Shown in pieces: positions 41,696 through 50,022 of a DNA stretch of 64,000 nucleotides. The notes under the pieces are model-generated. The model had not been told where the DNA came from. It worked only from the letters and a program-made list of their open reading frames with translations, and searched no databases. Origin of the DNA: Tardiphaga sp. (GTDB lineage: Bacteria; Pseudomonadota; Alphaproteobacteria; Rhizobiales; Xanthobacteraceae); the NCBI RefSeq assembly GCF_044340795.1, contig NZ_JBIISY010000003.1, positions 1,471 through 65,470 on the forward strand, written 5' to 3'. Each line of letters opens with the position of its first letter. Positions within the stretch are counted from its first letter, which is position 1. Made by a program: the position numbers and the translations under genes.

Positions 41696-42193
41696 TTTTT
41701 GCGACCGAGTATTGCGATTTGGCAGAGATTTGACGATCCCACTCTTCCGCAACTGCCCAATAATCCGGGTGATCGTCTTCGGTTCCTGTGTATACTCCTT
41801 AAACTTGCGACGGAGGGACGCCGCAACCTCTTCATCGGTCGCGTATGGGTTGTTGCCAGCTTCCTGATCGAAGCGAGCTCCTAGCGTCTCGCGAAATTCC
41901 GGCGACCACTTCAGCGGTGCTCCAGCTTTCTGTTTCTCATAGTAAAAAACAGAGCCGATGCCATCCATTAAATCGAGCCAATGAAATGGATTTTTAGGAT
42001 CAAGCTTTGCTTCTCGAAACAGCCTGCCAACGATGCTCTCTTCGTTAGTCGCGCTTTCTTGGATACAGAAGAACATATCGACTACTGTCTCATTATCCAG
42101 CTCGCCCGACTCTGATGGATCCAACCAGCTATCGTCTTCTCCGAATGCTGCGAGCATCTTCTCGAAATTTTGTTTGTAAGGATGTATGGGCAT
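41693..42193 (-). CDS. Hypothetical protein D, 166 aa, possibly DNA-binding
   Basis: Acidic N-half; LDPKNPFHW, GAPLKWS, basic helical C-terminus. Function is inference. Confidence 0.7.
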   Translation of the reverse strand: MPIHPYKQNFEKMLAAFGEDDSWLDPSESGELDNETVVDMFFCIQESATNEESIVGRLFREAKLDPKNPFHWLDLMDGIGSVFYYEKQKAGAPLKWSPEFRETLGARFDQEAGNNPYATDEEVAASLRRKFKEYTQEPKTITRIIGQLRKSGIVKSLPNRNTRSQK

Positions 42194-42376
42194 TGTCTAA
42201 ATCTTGGTTTCACCAGTTGTGACTGTGTACTCACGATTTCTCACCCTCACTTCGTTCGGGTGAGCCTTCGGCACTTCAGATTTTCTTGTTCAATCCGATC
42301 CAAACCGCACGGTAGGGTAGCGCCCGTCAGTGGATATAGCTTTGCTATCGGAGAGTAGCCATTTTTGACGTTACGG

Positions 42377-42622
42377 CTACTGTTCTCTAGCAAAGCCATG
42401 CCGAAGTCTGTGAGCGACATCGGCATCGATGAAATAGAGGAACCAATTGGTAAGACCGGGTCTTGCGGATCGATCTTTCACCCTCTGCTTGTGACGCTCA
42501 AACCTGCGGACCATTTCATCGATCATCGCGGTTCTAGATGGACCAAAGCTTTCCCATCTCTCTTGCCGGCTTCGTTTTGCGACCATTGCCAGCTTTAGTC
42601 GTTCGTGCGTCGTACGGCTCAC
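42377..42622 (-). CDS. Hypothetical basic protein E, 81 aa
   Basis: Co-oriented with A-D; no motif recognised; start uncertain. Confidence 0.45.
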   Translation of the reverse strand: MSRTTHERLKLAMVAKRSRQERWESFGPSRTAMIDEMVRRFERHKQRVKDRSARPGLTNWFLYFIDADVAHRLRHGFAREQ

Positions 42623-42861
42623 GACCGTCCGGTGTCTCAGGCCACCGTGTTTTTCCTTCGCGATAAGTCCGTGAGTTTCAGACCGTCGCGGGGACGCTCA
42701 AATGCATCCATAACTGAGATTTCAATTGTATTTATCGCGCGCAGAAAGCCCGATTGAAGATCCAAAGAAATTTAATCATCGCTGAATTTTTTTTGGCGTA
42801 CTCGGGTCACGCAAACGTCCCCATTGCTGTGATCTTAGTCCGATACCCCGCTGGAGCGACA

Positions 42862-44028
42862 CTAGCGCGCAGTAAAGAAGAAATCTTCGCTCCCAGACAA
42901 CGACCCGTAGCTATAAGGCTGCTGTTTTTTGTTGGTTGCCGACAGAACATCGTCGCGCACCAGATCGAACAGTCGCCGAATTTCTAGGTTGGGTGTCTTG
43001 AGGCGGCGTAGCAGCGCGAGCGCGAAGGGGCTATTGTCACCGTCGCCATCGAGCGCCAGCTCGCCGTGCTTGGCCGAATACACGATAAGCGTACCGGCAT
43101 CTGGCTCAGTGCGTGCCAGTCCGCGAGTCAGCGCGCGAGTTGCCACAGTACGCTTCATCTGATCAAGGAATGGATTGTTCCGACAAGCATCTAACACCAC
43201 CAGACGGAGGCGACGCGCCGACTCGGCAGCGCTTAGCACCTTCCCGATATCGATCGACTCAAGATCGATATCGCGGTCGACGCGCAACCTCGCATCTATT
43301 GGGATAAGATAGTTGTTACCTTTGTATTCGATCCCATGGCCCGAGTAGTAAATCACCGCCCAGTCTGCGTTGTCCGCTACCTGGGCAAACTCGCTCAGTG
43401 CAACTACGAGATCTTCCCGCCTTAGATCGAGCTTTAGGGTGACTGATTGAAAGCCGGCCTCCATGAGTTCGCGGTGTAGAGCTCTAGCATCATTTGCGGC
43501 ATTTGGCAGCACTGGGACGTGGCCATAGTTGCTATTTCCGATCACCAGCGCGACACGTCGTCCACCCGTCACAGCAACTCGATCGTTGGTCGGCGGCGTA
43601 ATCGCCGCTGGCGCAATTGCAGGCACGGCTGGAGGAGCCGCCGCAACGGCGGTCTTCGAAGGCTTTGCCGCGTCGCGTCGCTTTGGGGCTTCAGCAACGC
43701 GAGCGGTCCGTGCTCGTCCGCTAGCGGCGGCTTCCTGTAAGCGGCCACCGCCGCCACCTAAACCGCCGCCGCCAAACGTGTTCATCATACATTGGCGCAC
43801 TGCAGGGGTAGCGCGTGCACGGCACGATTCGAGATCGCCACCAGCGCGCATGCAAGGGCCGACGATCGGCCGTCCAACCCGCGCGCGGCAGGCTTCGAGC
43901 GCGGCTTCGCGCGACTGCGCCTTGGCGTGCGGCGCGCTCTCCAGCAGCGCCATGAACAGAAGTAGCAAGGTGGCCAGCACACGCCCGAAGGCGCGACAGT
44001 CCACTGTCGCGCCTGAGGAAGATCGCAT
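42862..44028 (-). CDS. Exported caspase-like peptidase C14 with a 4-Cys N-terminal domain
   Basis: Signal/TM segment, four Cys, Gly-rich linker, RVALVIGNS, YSGHG, LDACRNNP; start uncertain. Confidence 0.88.
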   Translation of the reverse strand: MRSSSGATVDCRAFGRVLATLLLLFMALLESAPHAKAQSREAALEACRARVGRPIVGPCMRAGGDLESCRARATPAVRQCMMNTFGGGGLGGGGGRLQEAAASGRARTARVAEAPKRRDAAKPSKTAVAAAPPAVPAIAPAAITPPTNDRVAVTGGRRVALVIGNSNYGHVPVLPNAANDARALHRELMEAGFQSVTLKLDLRREDLVVALSEFAQVADNADWAVIYYSGHGIEYKGNNYLIPIDARLRVDRDIDLESIDIGKVLSAAESARRLRLVVLDACRNNPFLDQMKRTVATRALTRGLARTEPDAGTLIVYSAKHGELALDGDGDNSPFALALLRRLKTPNLEIRRLFDLVRDDVLSATNKKQQPYSYGSLSGSEDFFFTAR

Positions 44029-44158
44029 GGGGAAAAGGGCGGGCGTGCTGCGTATAGAACAACCGGTCAATAACGACATCTCGGGACAAAGCCTGTGGGG
44101 TCAAAAATGACTAAGCTTAAGCGCGCAATGTCCCAAGCCTACAACAAAGCGCCTCCCA

Positions 44159-44635
44159 TTAAAACCAGCCGCGGGCCAGCATCCGCAGGTCGGCCGTGCG
44201 CAGGTGCTGGATGTGGTGGATGTGGTGGAAGTGGTTGTGGCTGCGGCGCTGTTCCGTGCGGCGCGGCTGCGGCTTGGCGGCTTCGGCCGGGATCGGCTTC
44301 TTGTTGAAGAAGTCGAAGCAGCCGCCCTGCACGCCGATGCCGGCGACGCACTTGGCGATCTCGCGCTTCATGGCGACGTCGCCGCAGGCATCCTTGTCGT
44401 TCTTCTTGTCGATCAGGCACGACATGCCTTCCTGCGCGGCGGGGGCGATCTTCTGGCCGCCGATCTGGGCCGGAACCGGCAGCAGCACCGGCAGCGGGGC
44501 AGGGGCCGGGGCGACAATGGCGGTGTCCGTTGCCGCATTGGCGGTCGCGGTGGCGGGAACCATGTTGCGGACTTCGACGAGGGCGAAGGTGGAGACGGCG
44601 ATGGCGAGACCGGCGGCGATGAGGGAGAGTTTCAT
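44159..44635 (-). CDS. Secreted hypothetical protein with 4 Cys and a His-rich tail
   Basis: CAGGAG RBS, signal peptide, Pro/Ala linker, HNHFHHIHHIQH. Confidence 0.75.
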   Translation of the reverse strand: MKLSLIAAGLAIAVSTFALVEVRNMVPATATANAATDTAIVAPAPAPLPVLLPVPAQIGGQKIAPAAQEGMSCLIDKKNDKDACGDVAMKREIAKCVAGIGVQGGCFDFFNKKPIPAEAAKPQPRRTEQRRSHNHFHHIHHIQHLRTADLRMLARGWF

Positions 44636-44711
44636 GGGGTAGCTCCTGTGTCCTGGTTGGTTTTGAATGAGCCAGCTCGTTGCTGACGGTTCATGTGTAG
44701 GACGCCGGTCT

Positions 44712-44788
44712 TTCCGCGAATATCATCGACAATTTCCGCATTTCCCAATATCCTTCCAAAACCTTCCGATATTTCCGGAGCACTTTCC
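44712..44788. promoter_or_regulatory. Array of seven TTCC boxes in a divergent intergenic region
   Basis: TTCC at 44712, 44734, 44742, 44754, 44764, 44773, 44785. Confidence 0.5.
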
Positions 44789-44789
44789 G

Positions 44790-45530
44790 ATGGCTGAGGA
44801 TGACGACAAGCGCCGCGTGGGCCGGGACATCAAGCGCTATCTGGCGGTGAACCGGATCTCGCGCGAGGAATTCAGCTTCCAGACCAAGCTCGGCAAGAGC
44901 ACCATCGACAAGCTGATGACCGGCATCTATTCGGACGCCACGCTGCAGATCGTGCTCGAGCGCACCGGCTTCGTGCGCAACAACAGCTACGCCGCGAAGC
45001 ATCTCGGCGGCTATTCCCGCGCCGCCTGGACCGGCTATCTGCAGACCTATCGCCTGGTGCTACCCTCGATCGCCGAGGCCGGCCATGTAGATGCGCTCTG
45101 CGTCGCCATCGAGTGGGACGAGAGCGTGCCGGGCATGGTGCTGGTGCAGAAGTCCGGCCGCAAATTCACCAAGGGCCAGGTCATTGGCCATCTCGCGATC
45201 CCGCATGAGCGCTCGCCGCTGGTGCATATCCAGGCGCCCGAAGGCCATGGCCGCAATTTCGTGCTGTCCACGATGCTGGGCGAGCCTGTCATGCGGGGCC
45301 TACTGCTGACGGTGAGCAACCTCGTCGCCAATGCCTTCATTCCGGTGGCGCTGCCGGTAGCAATGCGACGTCTTGCGGAGGCGAGCCCAGATGCCGCAGA
45401 TTTTGGTCATATCGCCCCGACCGATGCACGCTATGATGCAGTCCTCGGCGAATTACGTCAGGTGGTCGAGCGGCAGTATGGCCGCCTGATCGATCCTCTA
45501 TTTTTCGCCGCGGCGAAGCCCGACCGATAG
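44790..45530 (+). CDS. XRE-like HTH protein with uncharacterised C-terminal domain
   Basis: ISREEFSFQTKLGKSTIDKLMTG is HTH-like; GGAG RBS. Confidence 0.7.
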   Translation: MAEDDDKRRVGRDIKRYLAVNRISREEFSFQTKLGKSTIDKLMTGIYSDATLQIVLERTGFVRNNSYAAKHLGGYSRAAWTGYLQTYRLVLPSIAEAGHVDALCVAIEWDESVPGMVLVQKSGRKFTKGQVIGHLAIPHERSPLVHIQAPEGHGRNFVLSTMLGEPVMRGLLLTVSNLVANAFIPVALPVAMRRLAEASPDAADFGHIAPTDARYDAVLGELRQVVERQYGRLIDPLFFAAAKPDR

Positions 45531-45533
45531 CTG

Positions 45534-46001
45534 GTGATAGAGATTTGTATGACACAGCACCTCGCCTTCAGCCTTGCGACTGTAGTTCTCCTCTTTGGAT
45601 CAGCGGCGCCCGCCGAAGAGGCCGACAGCACGGAACGCAGCGTGCTTGGCGGCAGCCCGCCGATCTACGCAAGTGAAATACAGGGTCCGGTGGCGAGCGA
45701 TTACGTGCGACACCGCAATCTCCCCGCAGGAGATGAGCAGCAACCAGGTTCAGCTGTAGGAAAACTCTGCGCTACGCGGGTCGGCCTTTTTGGACCTGGC
45801 GAGGTGCGCCCGATTAACAGCGCATGTATAGGACGAGACCCTACCGGGAAACTGTACCGTGGCCGTGTGGTGCCTGACGGGATTGGGAAGTATTGCGCGA
45901 CTGATAAAGGCCTGTTTGGTCCGGGTACTGAGCAACCGATTGGCATGCCGTGTACCGTAAACTTGAAGCAAGGTACGATCTCAGGCCGCATTCGCTCTTA
46001 A
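45534..46001 (+). CDS. Secreted protein with two tandem Cys-containing repeats
   Basis: Signal peptide; GKLCATRVGLFGPGEVRPINSAC and GKYCATDKGLFGPGTEQPIGMPC. Confidence 0.7.
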   Translation: MIEICMTQHLAFSLATVVLLFGSAAPAEEADSTERSVLGGSPPIYASEIQGPVASDYVRHRNLPAGDEQQPGSAVGKLCATRVGLFGPGEVRPINSACIGRDPTGKLYRGRVVPDGIGKYCATDKGLFGPGTEQPIGMPCTVNLKQGTISGRIRS

Positions 46002-46332
46002 CGACTTCACTGGTGTCATCGTCGGAGAAGGTCGGGTCGGACAGTGGTGGCACATACTCAAAGATGGCACGAAGAGACCTCAGGCTTACAGTAAGGCGCT
46101 TTGCCGGGCGGCAGACGCGCAGCAAAATCCCATCGTTACCGAATAATCATTGAGGACAATCCGCAGAAGTGTCCGCTAGCGGCCCGACAGTAGGGCCAGT
46201 GTTCGTATGATTTTCGGGCAATGTCGGCCGAGACAACATTTCCCCGCAAAGTAGTTTCATCTAGCCATTTTCCATTGCCAGCCCTCAGTCGCTTGAGGGC
46301 TGTTTTTTAACCGGTTTCATTGTTGAGGCGCC

Positions 46333-46554
46333 ATGCCGAGTCCAGAAGAGCAGGACAAACAACTAGCCATGGATATCTATGCCCTCGGCAGTTCCATTCG
46401 CGTGGCGGTGGACGCTGCGCTGAACCCATTCAAACGATTGGAAGACCTCGGCTGGGCCAAGGGGCGCTCGACCAAAAAGGCCATTCACTACAGCCTGACA
46501 GGCGCAGGAGTTCAGGCAGCCAAGAGGCTTCGAGAAAAGCGTCGTTTGGCTTAG
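46333..46554 (+). CDS. Small hypothetical protein, winged-helix-like
   Basis: RLEDLGW...YSLTGAG pattern; overlapped by a competing minus-strand ORF. Confidence 0.5.
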   Translation: MPSPEEQDKQLAMDIYALGSSIRVAVDAALNPFKRLEDLGWAKGRSTKKAIHYSLTGAGVQAAKRLREKRRLA

Positions 46555-46760
46555 TATCAACTGGCTTCGGTCGCTTACGCGCCTGTTTTTGCTTGTGCCG
46601 AACCGCCTTGCCCTGCGACAAATTGCGGGATGAGAAGCGTCGCGCAATCGCTCAAAAAGCAAGCTACGCAGACTTGGCTGCCCCCACTCAGCCTTGGCGC
46701 GCGCGGGGTCGCCGATGATTGCAGCCGGCGACCCCGCCTCGCCGCCGCGCGGGTTCGGCA

Positions 46761-47015
46761 ATGACGACATTCATATTTCTAATGAGCCCTAGGGCAACAA
46801 GCGCTCAGCAAACGCGGATGATGTCCGAACTTGAAGATCGCTTTCCACAACACGACTTTCTCATAGGCGACGGGTACTTCGTCGAGTACGAACGTAATAT
46901 CCTGGCTCTTCTGGACGATACGGGCGGGGCGCCGCCCAACCCCAAAGACGTTACAGAGGTGATCGATTATTTTCGGACGGCGCTAGACCGGATCGAAAAG
47001 TGGAAGCCATCCTAG
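46761..47015 (+). CDS. Hypothetical protein, 84 aa
   Basis: Globular composition (ELEDRFPQHDF, VIDYF). Confidence 0.55.
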   Translation: MTTFIFLMSPRATSAQQTRMMSELEDRFPQHDFLIGDGYFVEYERNILALLDDTGGAPPNPKDVTEVIDYFRTALDRIEKWKPS

Positions 47016-47057
47016 TAGCCGTCACGCGGCCGGTGAGTCCCCAACATTGGATACTGC

Positions 47058-47237
47058 ATGACTGAAATTATGGATGAGATCGCTCTTCGCTGGGTGCTCC
47101 GAGATATCATTGCGGGACGGCAAGACTTCTTGAAGGTCAGCGACGCGAAGATCCAGCGTCTCCGAGAGCTCGGATGGGTCGAAGATCGGGACGGCCAGCT
47201 CGTCGCGACTGAGGCTGGCAGGAGGGCACTTCCCTGA
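47058..47237 (+). CDS. Small hypothetical protein, 59 aa (not in the ORF track)
   Basis: MTEIMDEIALRWVLRDIIAGRQDFLKVSDAKIQRLRELGWVEDRDGQLVATEAGRRALP. Confidence 0.6.
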   Translation: MTEIMDEIALRWVLRDIIAGRQDFLKVSDAKIQRLRELGWVEDRDGQLVATEAGRRALP

Positions 47238-47344
47238 TGATCGACGACCACCTTCACGACGTCATTACATTGATCATATTCTTCACTTTGGTCGCGACGG
47301 TGATCGCGACCGGCAGCCGATCTCGCAAGCCGTCCTCGTGGTGA
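47237..47344 (+). CDS. Small hydrophobic peptide, 35 aa, translationally coupled (not in the ORF track)
   Basis: TGATG overlap with GGAGGG upstream; MIDDHLHDVITLIIFFTLVATVIATGSRSRKPSSW. Confidence 0.45.
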   Translation: MIDDHLHDVITLIIFFTLVATVIATGSRSRKPSSW

Positions 47345-47468
47345 ACAATGAGACGAGCTGAGCCCTGCGTGCACGCGCAGTATAGCCAGTCCCGCCCTCG
47401 GTTTTTCTGGCGACGAATAGCTGTCACTCGCGGGGTTCATCGGCGCCGGGCGGAGAGCTTGCCCCTGA

Positions 47469-47873
47469 CTACGGACCATGCCTGAATTTGCTGTAGGCTT
47501 CCGTCGTGCAGAGGATGACGTGGTCCTCGCATCCGTTAAGGCGATGCGGATCACATTGCAGCTCGTAATCCGGAGATGTCATCATTTCGATGAATGTACG
47601 CACCGTCGGATAGTAAACCAACGCTATATAGTCCCAGCGATGCGCGTCAGGAATGCCCAATGCGACGGCCTGTGCGTTGCCAGTCCAGAGCAACGTGCCG
47701 CCACGGGCCTTTATCATCGGAACGGTTAGAGCGCTGTATCGTAGGTAGGCGTCCCAACCAGAACCATCCCCATCCAACGATGTCTTTCGGAAGCGCATGA
47801 AATTAATCATGACGACAGGATCGTCCTGCTTCGGTGTCGACAGCCCCTCGATATTCAAGAGATCGACGCCCAT
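47469..47873 (-). CDS. DUF1330-like protein
   Basis: GAGGA RBS; AYLRY...RGGTLLW, WDYIALVYYPT. Confidence 0.75.
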   Translation of the reverse strand: MGVDLLNIEGLSTPKQDDPVVMINFMRFRKTSLDGDGSGWDAYLRYSALTVPMIKARGGTLLWTGNAQAVALGIPDAHRWDYIALVYYPTVRTFIEMMTSPDYELQCDPHRLNGCEDHVILCTTEAYSKFRHGP

Positions 47874-48092
47874 AATTCCTCGCATCCTTATCGACCATGA
47901 CCCAACAAGCACGGTGCGCGCACTTGACGCACAAGAGCGAATTACCACTCACGACTGAATCCGACAGCAGGATACCAGAGACGCACCCAGCGTAGCCATA
48001 GCTCCGGATCGGCTGCGATAAATCCGCCACACCTGAATCTTCCCGCCTCACCTATGGTTTCTCGCCGCAATGGCTTGGGAATGAGGAACGTT

Positions 48093-48917
48093 ATGAAGAA
48101 GATCTTGCTGGGTTCTGTTGCAGTAGTCGCGTTGACCGCGCCTGCTCTCGCCGCTGACATGGCACCGCGCATGTACACCAAGGCCGCGCCTGTTGTTGCT
48201 CCAATCTACAATTGGTCGGGCTTTTATGCTGGTCTTCACGCGGGCTACACGTTCGGTGATCGCACTGGCGTCGAAACGTCGGGCATCCTTGCCGGCAACA
48301 TCGCCAACGTAGCCGCTGGCGCTCGCGCTCCGTCAGTGGGCGTCAACCGTGACGGCTTTATCGGCGGCGGCCAAATGGGTTGGAACTGGCAGTCCAATAC
48401 CCCTTGGGTGTGGGGCTTTGAGACTGACATCTCGTATACCGACGTCAACTCGACGACGAATTTTGTGACGATCCTGCCGCCCGCCCTCGGCGGTGCTGCG
48501 CCGGCTGGTTCGCCACTAAACAATTCTTTGTCGTCGCGCATGGATTACTTCGGCACGGTGCGTGGTCGCGTCGGCTACTCTTGGGATCGCACCCTCGTGT
48601 ACGCCACCGGCGGTTTCGCTTATGGCCGCGTCGAGAACACGGCGGTCTTCAACAACGCCGCCAACGTCGCGCAATTCGCTGGCAGCAGCCGCGACACCCG
48701 CACCGGCTACACGGTCGGCGGCGGCATCGAGCATGCATGGACCGGAAATTGGACCGTCAAGGCAGAGTATCTCTACTACGATCTCGGCCGTAACGACGTG
48801 ACTGTTCCGGTATTGCCAGGCGTTGCGGGCGCTGGCGGTTACATCTCTAGCTTCAGGAACGATGGCCATATTGTCCGCGCCGGTTTGAACTACAAATTCG
48901 GCGGAATGGGCTGGTAA
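48093..48917 (+). CDS. Omp25/RopB-family outer membrane protein
   Basis: AADMAPRMYTKA, NWSGFYAG, RGRVGY, VKAEYLYYDLG, RAGLNYKF. Confidence 0.92.
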   Translation: MKKILLGSVAVVALTAPALAADMAPRMYTKAAPVVAPIYNWSGFYAGLHAGYTFGDRTGVETSGILAGNIANVAAGARAPSVGVNRDGFIGGGQMGWNWQSNTPWVWGFETDISYTDVNSTTNFVTILPPALGGAAPAGSPLNNSLSSRMDYFGTVRGRVGYSWDRTLVYATGGFAYGRVENTAVFNNAANVAQFAGSSRDTRTGYTVGGGIEHAWTGNWTVKAEYLYYDLGRNDVTVPVLPGVAGAGGYISSFRNDGHIVRAGLNYKFGGMGW

Positions 48918-48947
48918 GGCTTACTGCGAAGCGACTATTGACGACGA

Positions 48948-48976
48948 AGGCCCGGTCTTGCGACCGGGCTTTTTCA
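48948..48976 (+). terminator. Terminator after the omp gene
   Basis: GGCCCGGTC-TTGC-GACCGGGCT then TTTTC. Confidence 0.75.
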
Positions 48977-49156
48977 TGGTGAGCAATAACGATGGGAGCT
49001 GAGCCGCAGGACGCCACGACGTACATTGAGCAAGCAACGTAGAGCACAAATGTGCTCTACGGGATCACCTACTCTCCGTAAACCGAAAAATTGGAACGTC
49101 GGGCCGCACGTGCTCATCTGGCTGACTCGAATGCAACAATCGTGAGCGCTGCCGTC

Positions 49157-49741
49157 TTATAGCATCTGAACGACTTTTCGCTGCGCGTCTGCATCGACGT
49201 CGATGTAACGCTGCGTGGTGCGAAGATTCGTGTGGCCAGCCAGCTCCTGAACGTCACGGATTGATCCGCCCACCGCCGAGATCCTCCGAGCAGCATTAGT
49301 GATGAACGTTCTTCGGCCGCTGTGGCTTGAACAGCCGGTGAAGCCCAGCACCTCGTACCAGCGAGAAAACATGTTCACGATTGTCTGGGGGCTGACTCGA
49401 TCTGACCTCTCAGTTGAAATGACGTGTTTCCCGACTTTGGGTCCAAGATGATCCTTCAGATCCTGAAGGGCCGACTTGAGCTCACCGTTCATAGGGATGA
49501 TCCGGCCTGACCTGCCTTTACTCGCCTTGTTCTGAAGGTGGATGGCCTGACCGACTTGCCCGTCCGCATCGGTGATCATCTCCCAGGACAGGAGGGCAAT
49601 CTCCTTGGCCCTCAGTCCAGCTTTGAGGGACAAGAGGAAGATGGCTCGGTTTCGAATGGGGTATCGAGACTTTAGGAGAAAGCCGAGAATAGCTTCGGCT
49701 TGACCTTTGGTTAGGGTCTTCGCTTGTCTTCCAAGAGACAT
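49157..49741 (-). CDS. Short tyrosine recombinase, catalytic domain only, 194 aa
   Basis: GLRAKE (R), SKG (K), SHSGRR (HxxR), LAGH, TQRY (Y). Confidence 0.9.
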   Translation of the reverse strand: MSLGRQAKTLTKGQAEAILGFLLKSRYPIRNRAIFLLSLKAGLRAKEIALLSWEMITDADGQVGQAIHLQNKASKGRSGRIIPMNGELKSALQDLKDHLGPKVGKHVISTERSDRVSPQTIVNMFSRWYEVLGFTGCSSHSGRRTFITNAARRISAVGGSIRDVQELAGHTNLRTTQRYIDVDADAQRKVVQML

Positions 49742-50022
49742 AGTAGGGCGCTCCGTTAATATGAGCACCATATTCAGCCTCGCATATTCGAACAGGGTTG
49801 ACCGCGACGTCAGCTTTGCGCCAGTTGCGACGGTGAAGACACAGCTACCGGCGATCCTATGCGGGACTTCAGCACAGGCTCTACCGATAACCGAAAGCTC
49901 GGCATTTCTGGCGCTGGACAAATAACGCCATTGATGATGGCGCCATCGCCCCTGGCTCGTCGGCATTCGGACAACACCCGACGCCGCCAACCAATTAGTT
50001 TGCTCAGTTCGCTGAAGCGATG

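Noticed and set aside
46430-46621. Basic 63-aa minus-strand ORF
   Set aside because: Overlaps the better-patterned plus-strand ORF 46333..46554; cannot decide without homologues.
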